Part shown: in pieces, positions 1 through 7,467 of the stretch
How positions within the stretch are numbered: the first letter of the stretch is position 1
How the letters are laid out: every line of letters starts with the position of its first letter
Virus record (IMG/VR): IMGVR_UViG_3300013901_000014
Span: 1-64,000 of that record
Source of the DNA: a virus
Lineage: Duplodnaviria > Caudoviricetes
Strand: one strand, 5' to 3'
Length of the DNA: 64,000 nt
The notes under the pieces: model-generated
The model's database searches: none
Seen by the model: the letters and a program-made list of their open reading frames with translations, nothing else
What the model was told of the DNA's origin: nothing
Translations under genes and position numbers: made by a program

Positions 1-8
1 TAACTGTG

Positions 9-78
9 TGCCCATGCGCGGAGTCGAACCGCACCCGCCAGGCCGCTGCCTGACTTGCCAAGGTCATTTGCCATGAGC
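9..78 (-). ncRNA. tRNA-like element A1 (acceptor stem + T arm, tetraloop hairpin instead of anticodon arm)
   Basis: Minus strand GCTCATG...GGCAAG TCAGGC-AGCG-GCCTGG CGGG TGCGG-TTCGACT-CCGCG CATGGGC A; near-identical inverted copy at 46784-46853. Confidence 0.7.
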
Positions 79-126
79 ATCACCCGCGTGCCGTTATGCG
101 GGCGCCTAAGATTGTTTCGGCACTTG

Positions 127-201
127 TGCCCAGATGAGGAGTCGAACCTCACTCACCGCGCCTCTGCGCGGCTTGCCGACGGCCGGTCTGTCGCCTTGGG
201 C
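127..201 (-). ncRNA. tRNA-like element A2
   Basis: Minus strand GCCCAAG...GGCAAG CCGCGC-AGAG-GCGCGG TGAG TGAGG-TTCGACT-CCTCA TCTGGGC A; stems covary with A1. Confidence 0.7.
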
Positions 202-374
202 TCCACCCTCGACGCGGGCTTTGAGGGGGTGCAAAATAGAACTAATAATGGTTAACTTCCTGTGCCCGCGCTTTGCTTGCGCCGCGGGGCGGCGGCGCGT
301 GTCTACTATCTATTCCTAAAAGCTATTGACTGAATTGCGATTTGCCCCGTGGGCACCTCTGTGCCCTTTGTTTG

Positions 375-467
375 TGCCGGGTGTGGGGGTCGAACCCACA
401 CCGCCCGCGCGTCCCTCCAGCTCCCGAAGCCATTAATCCCCAGCGGAAATGACGCGCCGCGCCCGGC
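375..467 (-). ncRNA. long tRNA-like element A3 (acceptor + T arm enclosing an extended hairpin)
   Basis: Minus strand GCCGGG...TGTGGG-TTCGACC-CCCACA CCCGGC A; internal GCGCGTC/GACGCGC stem; homolog at 46517-46608. Confidence 0.65.
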
Positions 468-564
468 TTGTTACCCGCCGCGCAATCGCTGCGCACGCGG
501 GGCATAAAACTTATTATGATATTACCCTTATGAGCGGGCGTCATCACGACGCCACTTCGATGCT

Positions 565-768
565 TCAATCGTTTTCGTTTGGCTGGGCCGTCACTGCCAG
601 CCAGCCAGCTATGTAGGCTATGCCGGCGAAACAGATGCCCATAAATGGGTTGCTGTACCAGAATGCTCGGGCAGAGAAGAACACTGCCGCCAAGCAGATT
701 GCGGCCATGAAGATGGCCGTTGTGATGTTCAATATCTTTTCCATTTTCAGTTGTTTTTTAAGTACCAC
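565..768 (-). CDS. small two-TM membrane protein, early operon A
   Basis: Two hydrophobic segments; positional counterpart of 46008-46196. Confidence 0.7.
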   Translation of the reverse strand: MVLKKQLKMEKILNITTAIFMAAICLAAVFFSARAFWYSNPFMGICFAGIAYIAGWLAVTAQPNEND

Positions 769-992
769 ATTTTACCTATCTGAACTCCGCCGTAGATGCC
801 GCGCTTGATGCGGTTGACCACGGTCTGCGTTGTGATGCCATGAAGCTTGGCGAACTCGCCCGTGGTAATCAGGCCGTCGCGCCGCTCCTGCTCGTTGTCG
901 AGCAGCATCCGCTCAATGAGCGTCCGCAGCGCCCTCACTTCGCGCTGCAGTTGGCTGAGCTTCCTTGTTGTCTCGTCCATGTCTTGGGGCAT
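747..992 (-). CDS. excisionase-like HTH protein
   Basis: C-terminal ITTGEFAKLHGITTQTVVNRIKRG...KMWYL resembles Xis/MerR-like winged HTH; located in early operon. Confidence 0.6.
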   Translation of the reverse strand: MPQDMDETTRKLSQLQREVRALRTLIERMLLDNEQERRDGLITTGEFAKLHGITTQTVVNRIKRGIYGGVQIGKMWYLKNN

Positions 993-1194
993 ATAGGCCG
1001 GCTGCCTGGATAATCTTAGCCACCCCAGGCACGGTCAGGTTATATCTAATTGCTATCACTCGCATGACCCCGTAGGGTCTTAGCATCTCGTGGTCCTTAG
1101 TGATGCGGCGGTAGGCATTGCAGACCTCCTCGCGACGCCGTGCACGCTCCTGCTGCGTGCTTGTCATATAATCTTTTTCCATGTCGTTGCTCAT
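913..1194 (-). CDS. Cro-like/early DNA-binding protein
   Basis: Paralog of 45790-46011 (DYMTSTQxERARR...IAxRYNxTVPGV); HTH-like. Confidence 0.7.
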   Translation of the reverse strand: MSNDMEKDYMTSTQQERARRREEVCNAYRRITKDHEMLRPYGVMRVIAIRYNLTVPGVAKIIQAAGLYAPRHGRDNKEAQPTAARSEGAADAH

Positions 1195-1595
1195 TTGAAA
1201 TCTCCGCGAAGTTGGCGCAGCATATTGCGGGCGCCATCATAGGTATACATATCTTCGTTTGCGCTGTCGCTGTACGCCAGCACTCCGTAGCAGTACACGT
1301 CCCAGTGGTCGCCACTGACCGATTTCCGTAGCGTCCAACCGCTGGGCACACGCGGCTCAATTTTGCGCCCGTGCTTGTCAAAATGAACACCGCTGTTCTT
1401 CACGTCGTCGCGCAAGCGTTTAAGCGCTGCCTGCGTAGGATAGCCCTGCGCGTTGCGGATTTCGTCAATTAATTCTAAGTCGGTGACTTCTGCGCGCCAG
1501 CTATCGCCGCGGCGGGGAGTTTGATATTCTACATTGTAGCGGCCAAAGCCGCTTGGGAGGATTGAAAAATCACTGATGGATAGTTTCGTCTTCAT
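1191..1595 (-). CDS. first early lytic gene of phage A, hypothetical
   Basis: First gene after leftward promoter; N-terminal half homologous to 45276-45542 (YxTPRRGDxWRAxxTDxEL). Confidence 0.8.
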   Translation of the reverse strand: MKTKLSISDFSILPSGFGRYNVEYQTPRRGDSWRAEVTDLELIDEIRNAQGYPTQAALKRLRDDVKNSGVHFDKHGRKIEPRVPSGWTLRKSVSGDHWDVYCYGVLAYSDSANEDMYTYDGARNMLRQLRGDFK

Positions 1596-1629
1596 ATTTG
1601 TTTTATTTAATGTTTTATCTTATTTTTGC

Positions 1630-1710
1630 TTTTGGTTTCAAACTTCGATGCAAAGATAAAACCATTTTGGTTCCAAACTTTTTACAAACTTTTTTTATTT
1701 ATTTTTGGTT
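1630..1710. promoter_or_regulatory. lysogeny switch A: leftward Bacteroidetes promoter and candidate operators
   Basis: TATCTTTG on minus strand at 1651-1658; TTTTGGTT at 1630, 1665 and 1703; AACCA-TTT-TGGTT dyad at 1660-1672. Confidence 0.7.
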
Positions 1711-1743
1711 ATAGTAGGGCAGGTTATTAAATATCAATAAGTT

Positions 1744-2211
1744 ATGAAAGAGGATGATTTTTTGTTAGACTTAAAATTTTTTTTTAAGCGAGAGGGAATT
1801 TCGCAGCAGCAGGTTGCGGACAAACTCGGAGTAAAACAGACCTTTATCAATGCCATTTTCAATGGTCGAAAAAGCATCGGCCGCCAGACTGCCCAGAAGC
1901 TGCACGACGCTTATGGTCTTTCGGTCGCATGGTTATTAACTGGTGAGGGAGACATGATGGCTGAACCGCACATCACAGGAGGAACACACATTAACATTAC
2001 ACGCGGAGGTAATGTAAGCGTCAAGGGTGGCGACAATAGTTTCAATTCATCAGCATCAACGACAATGGAGTCAGAGGTGTTGCAGCGGATGATGGAGCAG
2101 AACGACAACCTAACCGCACAGGTCGCTCGGCTGACAGAGCAGAATACTCAACTCATAGAGCAGAACAAGAAACAGACAGAAATCATTAACACATTAATAT
2201 CACGACAATGA
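1744..2211 (+). CDS. CI-like XRE HTH repressor (phage A)
   Basis: N-terminal HTH_3 pattern ending SVAWLLTGEGDM; divergent from early genes; paralog at 44253-44702. Confidence 0.85.
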   Translation: MKEDDFLLDLKFFFKREGISQQQVADKLGVKQTFINAIFNGRKSIGRQTAQKLHDAYGLSVAWLLTGEGDMMAEPHITGGTHINITRGGNVSVKGGDNSFNSSASTTMESEVLQRMMEQNDNLTAQVARLTEQNTQLIEQNKKQTEIINTLISRQ

Positions 2212-2579
2212 CAGACAACGAATTAACCAACCTTGAACGAATGATGGCGCACGGCTACGAGGTGCGCGAGAAGCAACTCGACAGAATGATTAAGCTATTT
2301 GAACAGGGCGAGAAGCTCATCACCGACAGCGAGGCCCGCATCGCCGAGACAAACAGGATGATACAGCAGCTGACGAACGTGGTAGACACACTCACAGAGA
2401 CCTACCGCGACAGCATACAGCGGCTGAGCGACAACCGCGACCGCATCACCGAGCAGAACACCACGCTGCTGCGGCTGCTTGAAGCTGAGAAGAAGCGCGT
2501 CGAGCGCTGCGAGAAGAGGCTTCAGGATGTGATAGATAAGATATTGTGCAATAACGCTACTAATGTGAATGTGAGATGA
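2208..2579 (+). CDS. coiled-coil protein co-transcribed with repressor
   Basis: Heptad-rich; overlaps the CI stop; paralog at 43866-44240. Confidence 0.75.
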   Translation: MTDNELTNLERMMAHGYEVREKQLDRMIKLFEQGEKLITDSEARIAETNRMIQQLTNVVDTLTETYRDSIQRLSDNRDRITEQNTTLLRLLEAEKKRVERCEKRLQDVIDKILCNNATNVNVR

Positions 2580-2677
2580 AGTTCGACCAGTTCAGCTACG
2601 ACCAAATAACTATCATCTCAATTATACTTTTGTTTTTGTTTGGCGCGTGGGCTGGTGAGCATCTGAAGAGGCTGGGG

Positions 2678-2907
2678 TTATGTGCTACTTATGTGCTACC
2701 CAAACAAGTTAAATACTACCCAAAGATTTGATTATAAACAAGTTAGTAAGTTATATAAATGAATAAGGTATTAACTGCAGAAAGAGATTATATGTGTTTG
2801 ATGATGAGTTATTTACATTGATTGTCAGTTGGTTATGAAAATCAGATGTCGAAAAATGTCGAAAAATAACGGCAATTAGCGATGCCGCTATGCTACCTTA
2901 ATGCTAC
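2678..2907. repeat. att-like region with tandem arm-type repeats
   Basis: TTATGTGCTAC x2 (2678-2699); ATGCTAC x2 with 11-bp period (2890-2907); TGTCGAAAAA x2 (about 2847-2866); AT-rich core upstream of integrase. Confidence 0.55.
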
Positions 2908-4045
2908 TATATATATGATTAACGTTAATGTGATTTTTAACCGAAAGCACCGCCGCGAGCTGGAGGTGAGTGTGTACAACGCGGGGCGGCGCAGATACCT
3001 TGCGCTGGGCATCAGGCTGCCCGAGGGGGCGAAGTACAGCAATGGAGTTGTTAACGCCTGCCTGGACGCGGCTGAGATTAATAACGCCATCGCGGCTGCG
3101 GTGAGGTCGCTCAGGCGGCAGGACGAGGAAGGCGTGGAGCTGTGCGACCTCACGCTCAGGCAGCGCCGCTCGGAGGTGGATGTGGCCGGCTGGATTGAGG
3201 CATATATATATAATAAGTACACGAAGGAGAGTAGCAGGAAGTTATATATGTATGCGCTGAAGGAACTGCGCTCGGGCGGCTTCGTGTATCGGGAAGACTT
3301 CATTTCCGCCCGCGCCCGGAAATTTGTCGCGGCACTTCAGAGCAGGCCGCGGTCGGAGGTGTACAACTATCAGATGTGCAATATCGCGCATATACTCGTG
3401 CGCGCTGCCGTGCGCGCGGGGGTGCTCAGTAAGGACTGCTTCGAGGGTGTGCAGATTAAGGCCGCACACGCGCGGGAGATTGAGTACCTGACAGAGGATG
3501 AGGTACACCAGGTTGAGGCTGTGCGGCTGCGGGAGGGCTCGCGTCACGCGAAGGCGCGCGACATGTTTCTGTTCGCATGTTACACAGGGCTGGCATATAT
3601 AGACATTATAAGATGTAGTGTCAAGGATGTGCGCACGATTGCGGACTCGCGGTGCATATCAGGTCGGCGGCAGAAGACGGGTCAGCCCTACCTCATTAAG
3701 TTGAGCGACAAGGCATATACTATCTTGTGTCGCTACGGCGCTATGAACTTGCTTAACTGCTCGTCAGCGGATGCGGTGCTGACCAGGCGCAAGGATGAGA
3801 CTTCGCCCAGCGTGGCGGAGCTGGCGGGGGTGACCAAGCGCATGACGATGCACGTCGGGCGGCACACGTTCGCCACCATCGCGTTGAGCCGGGGGGTGCC
3901 CATCGAGGTCGTCAGCAAGATGCTGGCGCACGCGTCAGTTAAGACTACTGAGATTTATGCGAAGGTTATCCCCCAGCGCGTTATGGACGCTTATGACTTG
4001 ATAGACAGGGCATTAAACCAAAACAATAAAAACGCTAAACGTTAA
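2882..4045 (+). CDS. int: tyrosine integrase, Bacteroidales type (start may be 2915)
   Basis: FLFACYTGLAYID, HVGRHTFAT and TTEIYAK catalytic motifs. Confidence 0.92.
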   Translation: MPLCYLNATIYMINVNVIFNRKHRRELEVSVYNAGRRRYLALGIRLPEGAKYSNGVVNACLDAAEINNAIAAAVRSLRRQDEEGVELCDLTLRQRRSEVDVAGWIEAYIYNKYTKESSRKLYMYALKELRSGGFVYREDFISARARKFVAALQSRPRSEVYNYQMCNIAHILVRAAVRAGVLSKDCFEGVQIKAAHAREIEYLTEDEVHQVEAVRLREGSRHAKARDMFLFACYTGLAYIDIIRCSVKDVRTIADSRCISGRRQKTGQPYLIKLSDKAYTILCRYGAMNLLNCSSADAVLTRRKDETSPSVAELAGVTKRMTMHVGRHTFATIALSRGVPIEVVSKMLAHASVKTTEIYAKVIPQRVMDAYDLIDRALNQNNKNAKR

Positions 4046-4082
4046 ACAAAGTTAATAGATTGCATTTTTTATGCTTTATTCT

Positions 4083-4112
4083 TGCAAGCACGGAATGTTG
4101 CTTGTATCTTTG
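4083..4112 (+). promoter_or_regulatory. promoter with dyad operator for 4154-5104
   Basis: TATCTTTG at 4105-4112; CAAGCA-N8-TGCTTG inverted repeat between the -33 and -7 elements. Confidence 0.65.
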
Positions 4113-4153
4113 CAGCGTAATCAAAAACAAACAACAATTAAAACTAAAAGATT

Positions 4154-4843
4154 ATGGCAACAAACAAAACAATTGTAGCATTTCACATTCACCGCGGCGG
4201 CCACTTCAACAACGCAGGCCACTATGATTACATGAGTGATATTAAGAACTTCCAAGACCTGCTTGGGGTGTGTTGAGATAACGAAATCTTCTTCAATGAT
4301 ACAGATCCCGGAACAGATAAGCCGCTGACGGCGGCAGAGCAGACGATAACCGATGGCAGCGGCAGAGTATTGGTCGAGGGGGCTGACGCAATCAACGCAG
4401 AGGTCGGCTTCTTGGACTTTGATGGTGAGTATGACAGCTATGACGTGTGCTACATAGATAATTGCAGCGAGCGCGAGGAGGCGGCATTATTAACCGCCTA
4501 CAAAGCGGGCGAGGTGAGCAAATGGGACGACCGCCACGACAGCATTAAGGAATATCTCATCGACAAAGGCTTGATTATTGACGAAGAGAAGTTTAGCAAC
4601 GCGCTTTGCGGCGACAATGGCGGCGCGTGGATAGCCGAAAGCGATGATGATATGCTGCGCGTTGCTGACACGTGGGCAAAAGGTTATGTGACCTGCTATG
4701 AGCCCGCCGACGGTGAGGACTTTGACTTCGCCTGCTCGCAGGTGGACGCAGACCCCGCAAAGGTTAAACGCATCTATGGCATAGCAGAAGATGGCTCGCT
4801 TGATGACACTTTATTTGTCGCGCTTAGCGAGGACGTAGACTGA
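4154..4843 (+). pseudogene. acidic phage protein interrupted by in-frame TGA at 4274-4276
   Basis: ATG 4154 after an A-rich leader is in frame with ORF 4370-4843; a single TGA at codon 41. Confidence 0.65.
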
Positions 4844-4888
4844 TTATTAACCACGGGCGGCAACCCGCCGCCCATATTTTTTAACGAT

Positions 4889-5104
4889 ATGACAGAAGAA
4901 GAATTAACAGCACGGGCTGCGAATATCGCCCGAATTATAGCCGATGCGCGGGCGGCCAGCGGCATAACGCTGCGAGCCTTGGAGCAGCGCACGGGCATCA
5001 ACAACGGCAACTTATCACGCATTGAGCGCGGCGACTTGATGCCGCGCATAGATACGTTATTGCGAATAGCCGACGCATTAGGCATTAAGGCGCTGCCCGT
5101 ATAG
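4889..5104 (+). CDS. XRE-family HTH regulator
   Basis: ITLRALEQRTGINNGNLSRIERG...LLRIADALG, an HTH_3 pattern. Confidence 0.9.
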   Translation: MTEEELTARAANIARIIADARAASGITLRALEQRTGINNGNLSRIERGDLMPRIDTLLRIADALGIKALPV

Positions 5105-5126
5105 CAGCGAAAAAACAAAACGACAG

Positions 5127-5160
5127 CGGCCACCCACTTCAATGTGTGGGTGGCCGTTTT
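5127..5160 (+). terminator. intrinsic terminator
   Basis: CGGCCACCCAC/GTGGGTGGCCG stem followed by TTTT. Confidence 0.75.
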
Positions 5161-5255
5161 GCTTCCGTGGCGCGGCACATCTACATGTAGATGAGTAGAT
5201 TACGAGAAACCCGCGCTGGTGGGCGCGGGGAAACTAAAACAAAATCATGAAAACA

Positions 5256-5555
5256 TCATTCGCCTTCGTCGCTTGAGAGGGCGACTAATCTATCCTCAAT
5301 TGTGATGCCGCCACCGGACACGCTCATGTCGACCGCGGTGGCCTGCATTCGGGCGGTGTGGAACTCGAGCAACTTAGTCTCAGCCGCTACGCGGTCGCGC
5401 GCATCGAGCTGCTCCATGTCGCGGTCGAACTGACTGAGGCCGCTGGCGTCGGGCGTGAAGTACTTTATAGAGTGCTCACGGATGGGCACCTTAATCGGGT
5501 TGTTCTTGTTGGGCGTGCCCTTGACGCGCCCGCCTGTCTTCTTTCCTTTTGCCAT
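5256..5555 (-). CDS. putative terminase small subunit (podovirus module)
   Basis: N-terminus MAKGKKTGGRVKGTPNK is typical of phage TerS-like proteins. Confidence 0.6.
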   Translation of the reverse strand: MAKGKKTGGRVKGTPNKNNPIKVPIREHSIKYFTPDASGLSQFDRDMEQLDARDRVAAETKLLEFHTARMQATAVDMSVSGGGITIEDRLVALSSDEGE

Positions 5556-5602
5556 TTTTCGCGCGTGTTAAAAGTTAAAGTTATGCCGCTAAGGTAGACA
5601 AC

Positions 5603-5610
5603 TATCTTTG
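5603..5610 (+). promoter_or_regulatory. Bacteroidetes -7 promoter for the ejection-protein operon
   Basis: TATCTTTG 38 nt before ATG 5648. Confidence 0.65.
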
Positions 5611-5647
5611 ACAATCACTTATAAGTTTAACTTTAACACACATATAT

Positions 5648-6157
5648 ATGAGTATTTTCAAGGGATCCATCGGCTCGATGGTGGGCAGCGGGCTGAAAAT
5701 CGGCAGCAGCATCTTCGGCGGCATCAACGCCTCTAAGGCGATGAGCCGCGTGCGCGATAACATCAAGGCTGCGCGCACGGAAAACACAAACTGGTACAAC
5801 AGACGATATAATGAGGATGCGACGCAGCGCGCTGACGCTCAGTCGCTGCTGAACAACACACGTGAGTTGCTTCTGCACAAAGCGCAGAACGCAGCCGCGA
5901 CAAACGCGGTGATGGGCGGCACTGATGAGGCGGCCGCGCTGGACAAGGCCGACAGCAACAACACACTCGCCAACACGATTGACAAGCTCAACACCGCCGC
6001 AGATGCGCGCAAGGACCGCATCGAGAACGACTACCGCACGCGCGATGAAGGATATCAATCGAAGCTCAACGACCTTGAGATTAGCAAGGCTAAGGCAATC
6101 AAAGATGCCGTTAACGGAGCAGCGACCGCGGCGGGAGACATTGCGCAAAACTTTTAA
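5648..6157 (+). CDS. ejection/pilot protein (P22 gp7-like)
   Basis: Gly-rich amphipathic N-terminus, Ala-rich helical body, first of three genes preceding the portal. Confidence 0.6.
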   Translation: MSIFKGSIGSMVGSGLKIGSSIFGGINASKAMSRVRDNIKAARTENTNWYNRRYNEDATQRADAQSLLNNTRELLLHKAQNAAATNAVMGGTDEAAALDKADSNNTLANTIDKLNTAADARKDRIENDYRTRDEGYQSKLNDLEISKAKAIKDAVNGAATAAGDIAQNF

Positions 6158-6169
6158 TCTCAACGAGTT

Positions 6170-7462
6170 ATGCCGAAAATAACACTACAACAGATACTCA
6201 ACCCGGCTGGCGCCCAGGGTCGGCCTGTGACCGCTGCCGCGCCCGTGTCGCAGAAACTCGCCCAGGGCAGCGACCTGAGCGAGCCGAACGCGGCCACGGC
6301 GGGCGTGCAGCCCCAGCAGCAGCCGCTGCAGATGCAGCCACAACAGCAACCGACAACGACACAGCAGCACTTCACCGCGCCAGCCCAGCCGCTGACGCAG
6401 ATGCAGAAGGACGACTTCGCAGCCGTGAACGACGCTGCGAAACCCACGAGCGTAGCGCCCGAGAGCGCACAGCAGGCGGTGAAGACACCACCCGCCACCA
6501 TGGGCGTGGGACAAGGGACAACGAAGGACGCCAACGGCGACGACACCTTCGACGAGAACCACTTCGTTAACTGGTATGTAAAGAATCATAACTACAAGCA
6601 GCCCACGCCCGAGGAACTGGCCGAGCAAGCGAAAATCGACAAGCGCAACAAGGTGATTAACGCCATCGGTGACGGCATCAGCGCGCTGAGCAACATCTAC
6701 TTTACAACCAAGGGTGCGCCGAGTCAGACGCTCACCCCTACCCTATCCAGCCGTCAGCACGACCGTTGGACGGCGCTGCAAGAGCAGGCCGAGAAGGAGC
6801 GGAAAGACTACTTTGAGGGACTTCAACGCGCACAGCAGCTCGACCTCGACGCGACCGACAAATACCGAAACTGGCGGCGGCTGCTCAGCAAGGACCGCGC
6901 GGAGCAAGACCGGAAGGACGCCATCGCGGACGCCCAGCGGGGGCGTTATAACGCAGCGGCGGCTAAGGATACGGGCATGGCGGCCTACTATGACGCGAAA
7001 GTCAAGGCACTTGAGGAGGGCCTGCCCTACGACCTCGCGGTCAAGCAGGCGCAGAAGGCGAAGCTTGAGGCTGAAGCCGACAGGGCGCGCCGCCAGGGCA
7101 CCAGCGGCAAGAAGGGCGGAAGCAGCTCGTCAGGCGGCAAAAAGAGCGGCGGCGGCAAAAAGAGCGGCTACCATATCTACAACCGCTTCACCGGCAAGGA
7201 CGAATACTACCCCAATATTGAGTCCCGCAATCAGCGCGCAGCTGATCTCGGCTACGATGTGACGCCTGACGTGTCGCGCAGCGTGACCTCAGAGGACATC
7301 GCGAGCGGGCGGAAAACGACAGATAGACGCGCGGGGACAAGCATTTCAGCGAAACTCGGAAAACAAGAGAGGGCATACAAGCAGCGCGCCGCACAACAAA
7401 AAAAATCCGCTGGCGGCTCTTACATAGACAAAAAAGCGAAAAAGAAAGTGAGTATCAAATAA
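6170..7462 (+). CDS. second ejection/internal virion protein
   Basis: 430 aa, Q/P-rich N-terminus, helical; lies between pilot-like gene and giant protein. Confidence 0.55.
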   Translation: MPKITLQQILNPAGAQGRPVTAAAPVSQKLAQGSDLSEPNAATAGVQPQQQPLQMQPQQQPTTTQQHFTAPAQPLTQMQKDDFAAVNDAAKPTSVAPESAQQAVKTPPATMGVGQGTTKDANGDDTFDENHFVNWYVKNHNYKQPTPEELAEQAKIDKRNKVINAIGDGISALSNIYFTTKGAPSQTLTPTLSSRQHDRWTALQEQAEKERKDYFEGLQRAQQLDLDATDKYRNWRRLLSKDRAEQDRKDAIADAQRGRYNAAAAKDTGMAAYYDAKVKALEEGLPYDLAVKQAQKAKLEAEADRARRQGTSGKKGGSSSSGGKKSGGGKKSGYHIYNRFTGKDEYYPNIESRNQRAADLGYDVTPDVSRSVTSEDIASGRKTTDRRAGTSISAKLGKQERAYKQRAAQQKKSAGGSYIDKKAKKKVSIK

Positions 7463-7467
7463 ATAAA

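Noticed and set aside
9-467. Canonical tRNA genes or att-derived tRNA 3' fragments
   Set aside because: There is no 7-nt anticodon loop or CCA, so they are not canonical. Each unit has its own matching 5' acceptor strand and lies far from the integrase, unlike att duplications.
55-568. Short ORFs over the structured leader (55-255, 134-319, 323-568; 46434-46854 in B)
   Set aside because: Low-complexity R/A/G-rich translations; reading frames are not conserved between A and B whereas base pairing is.
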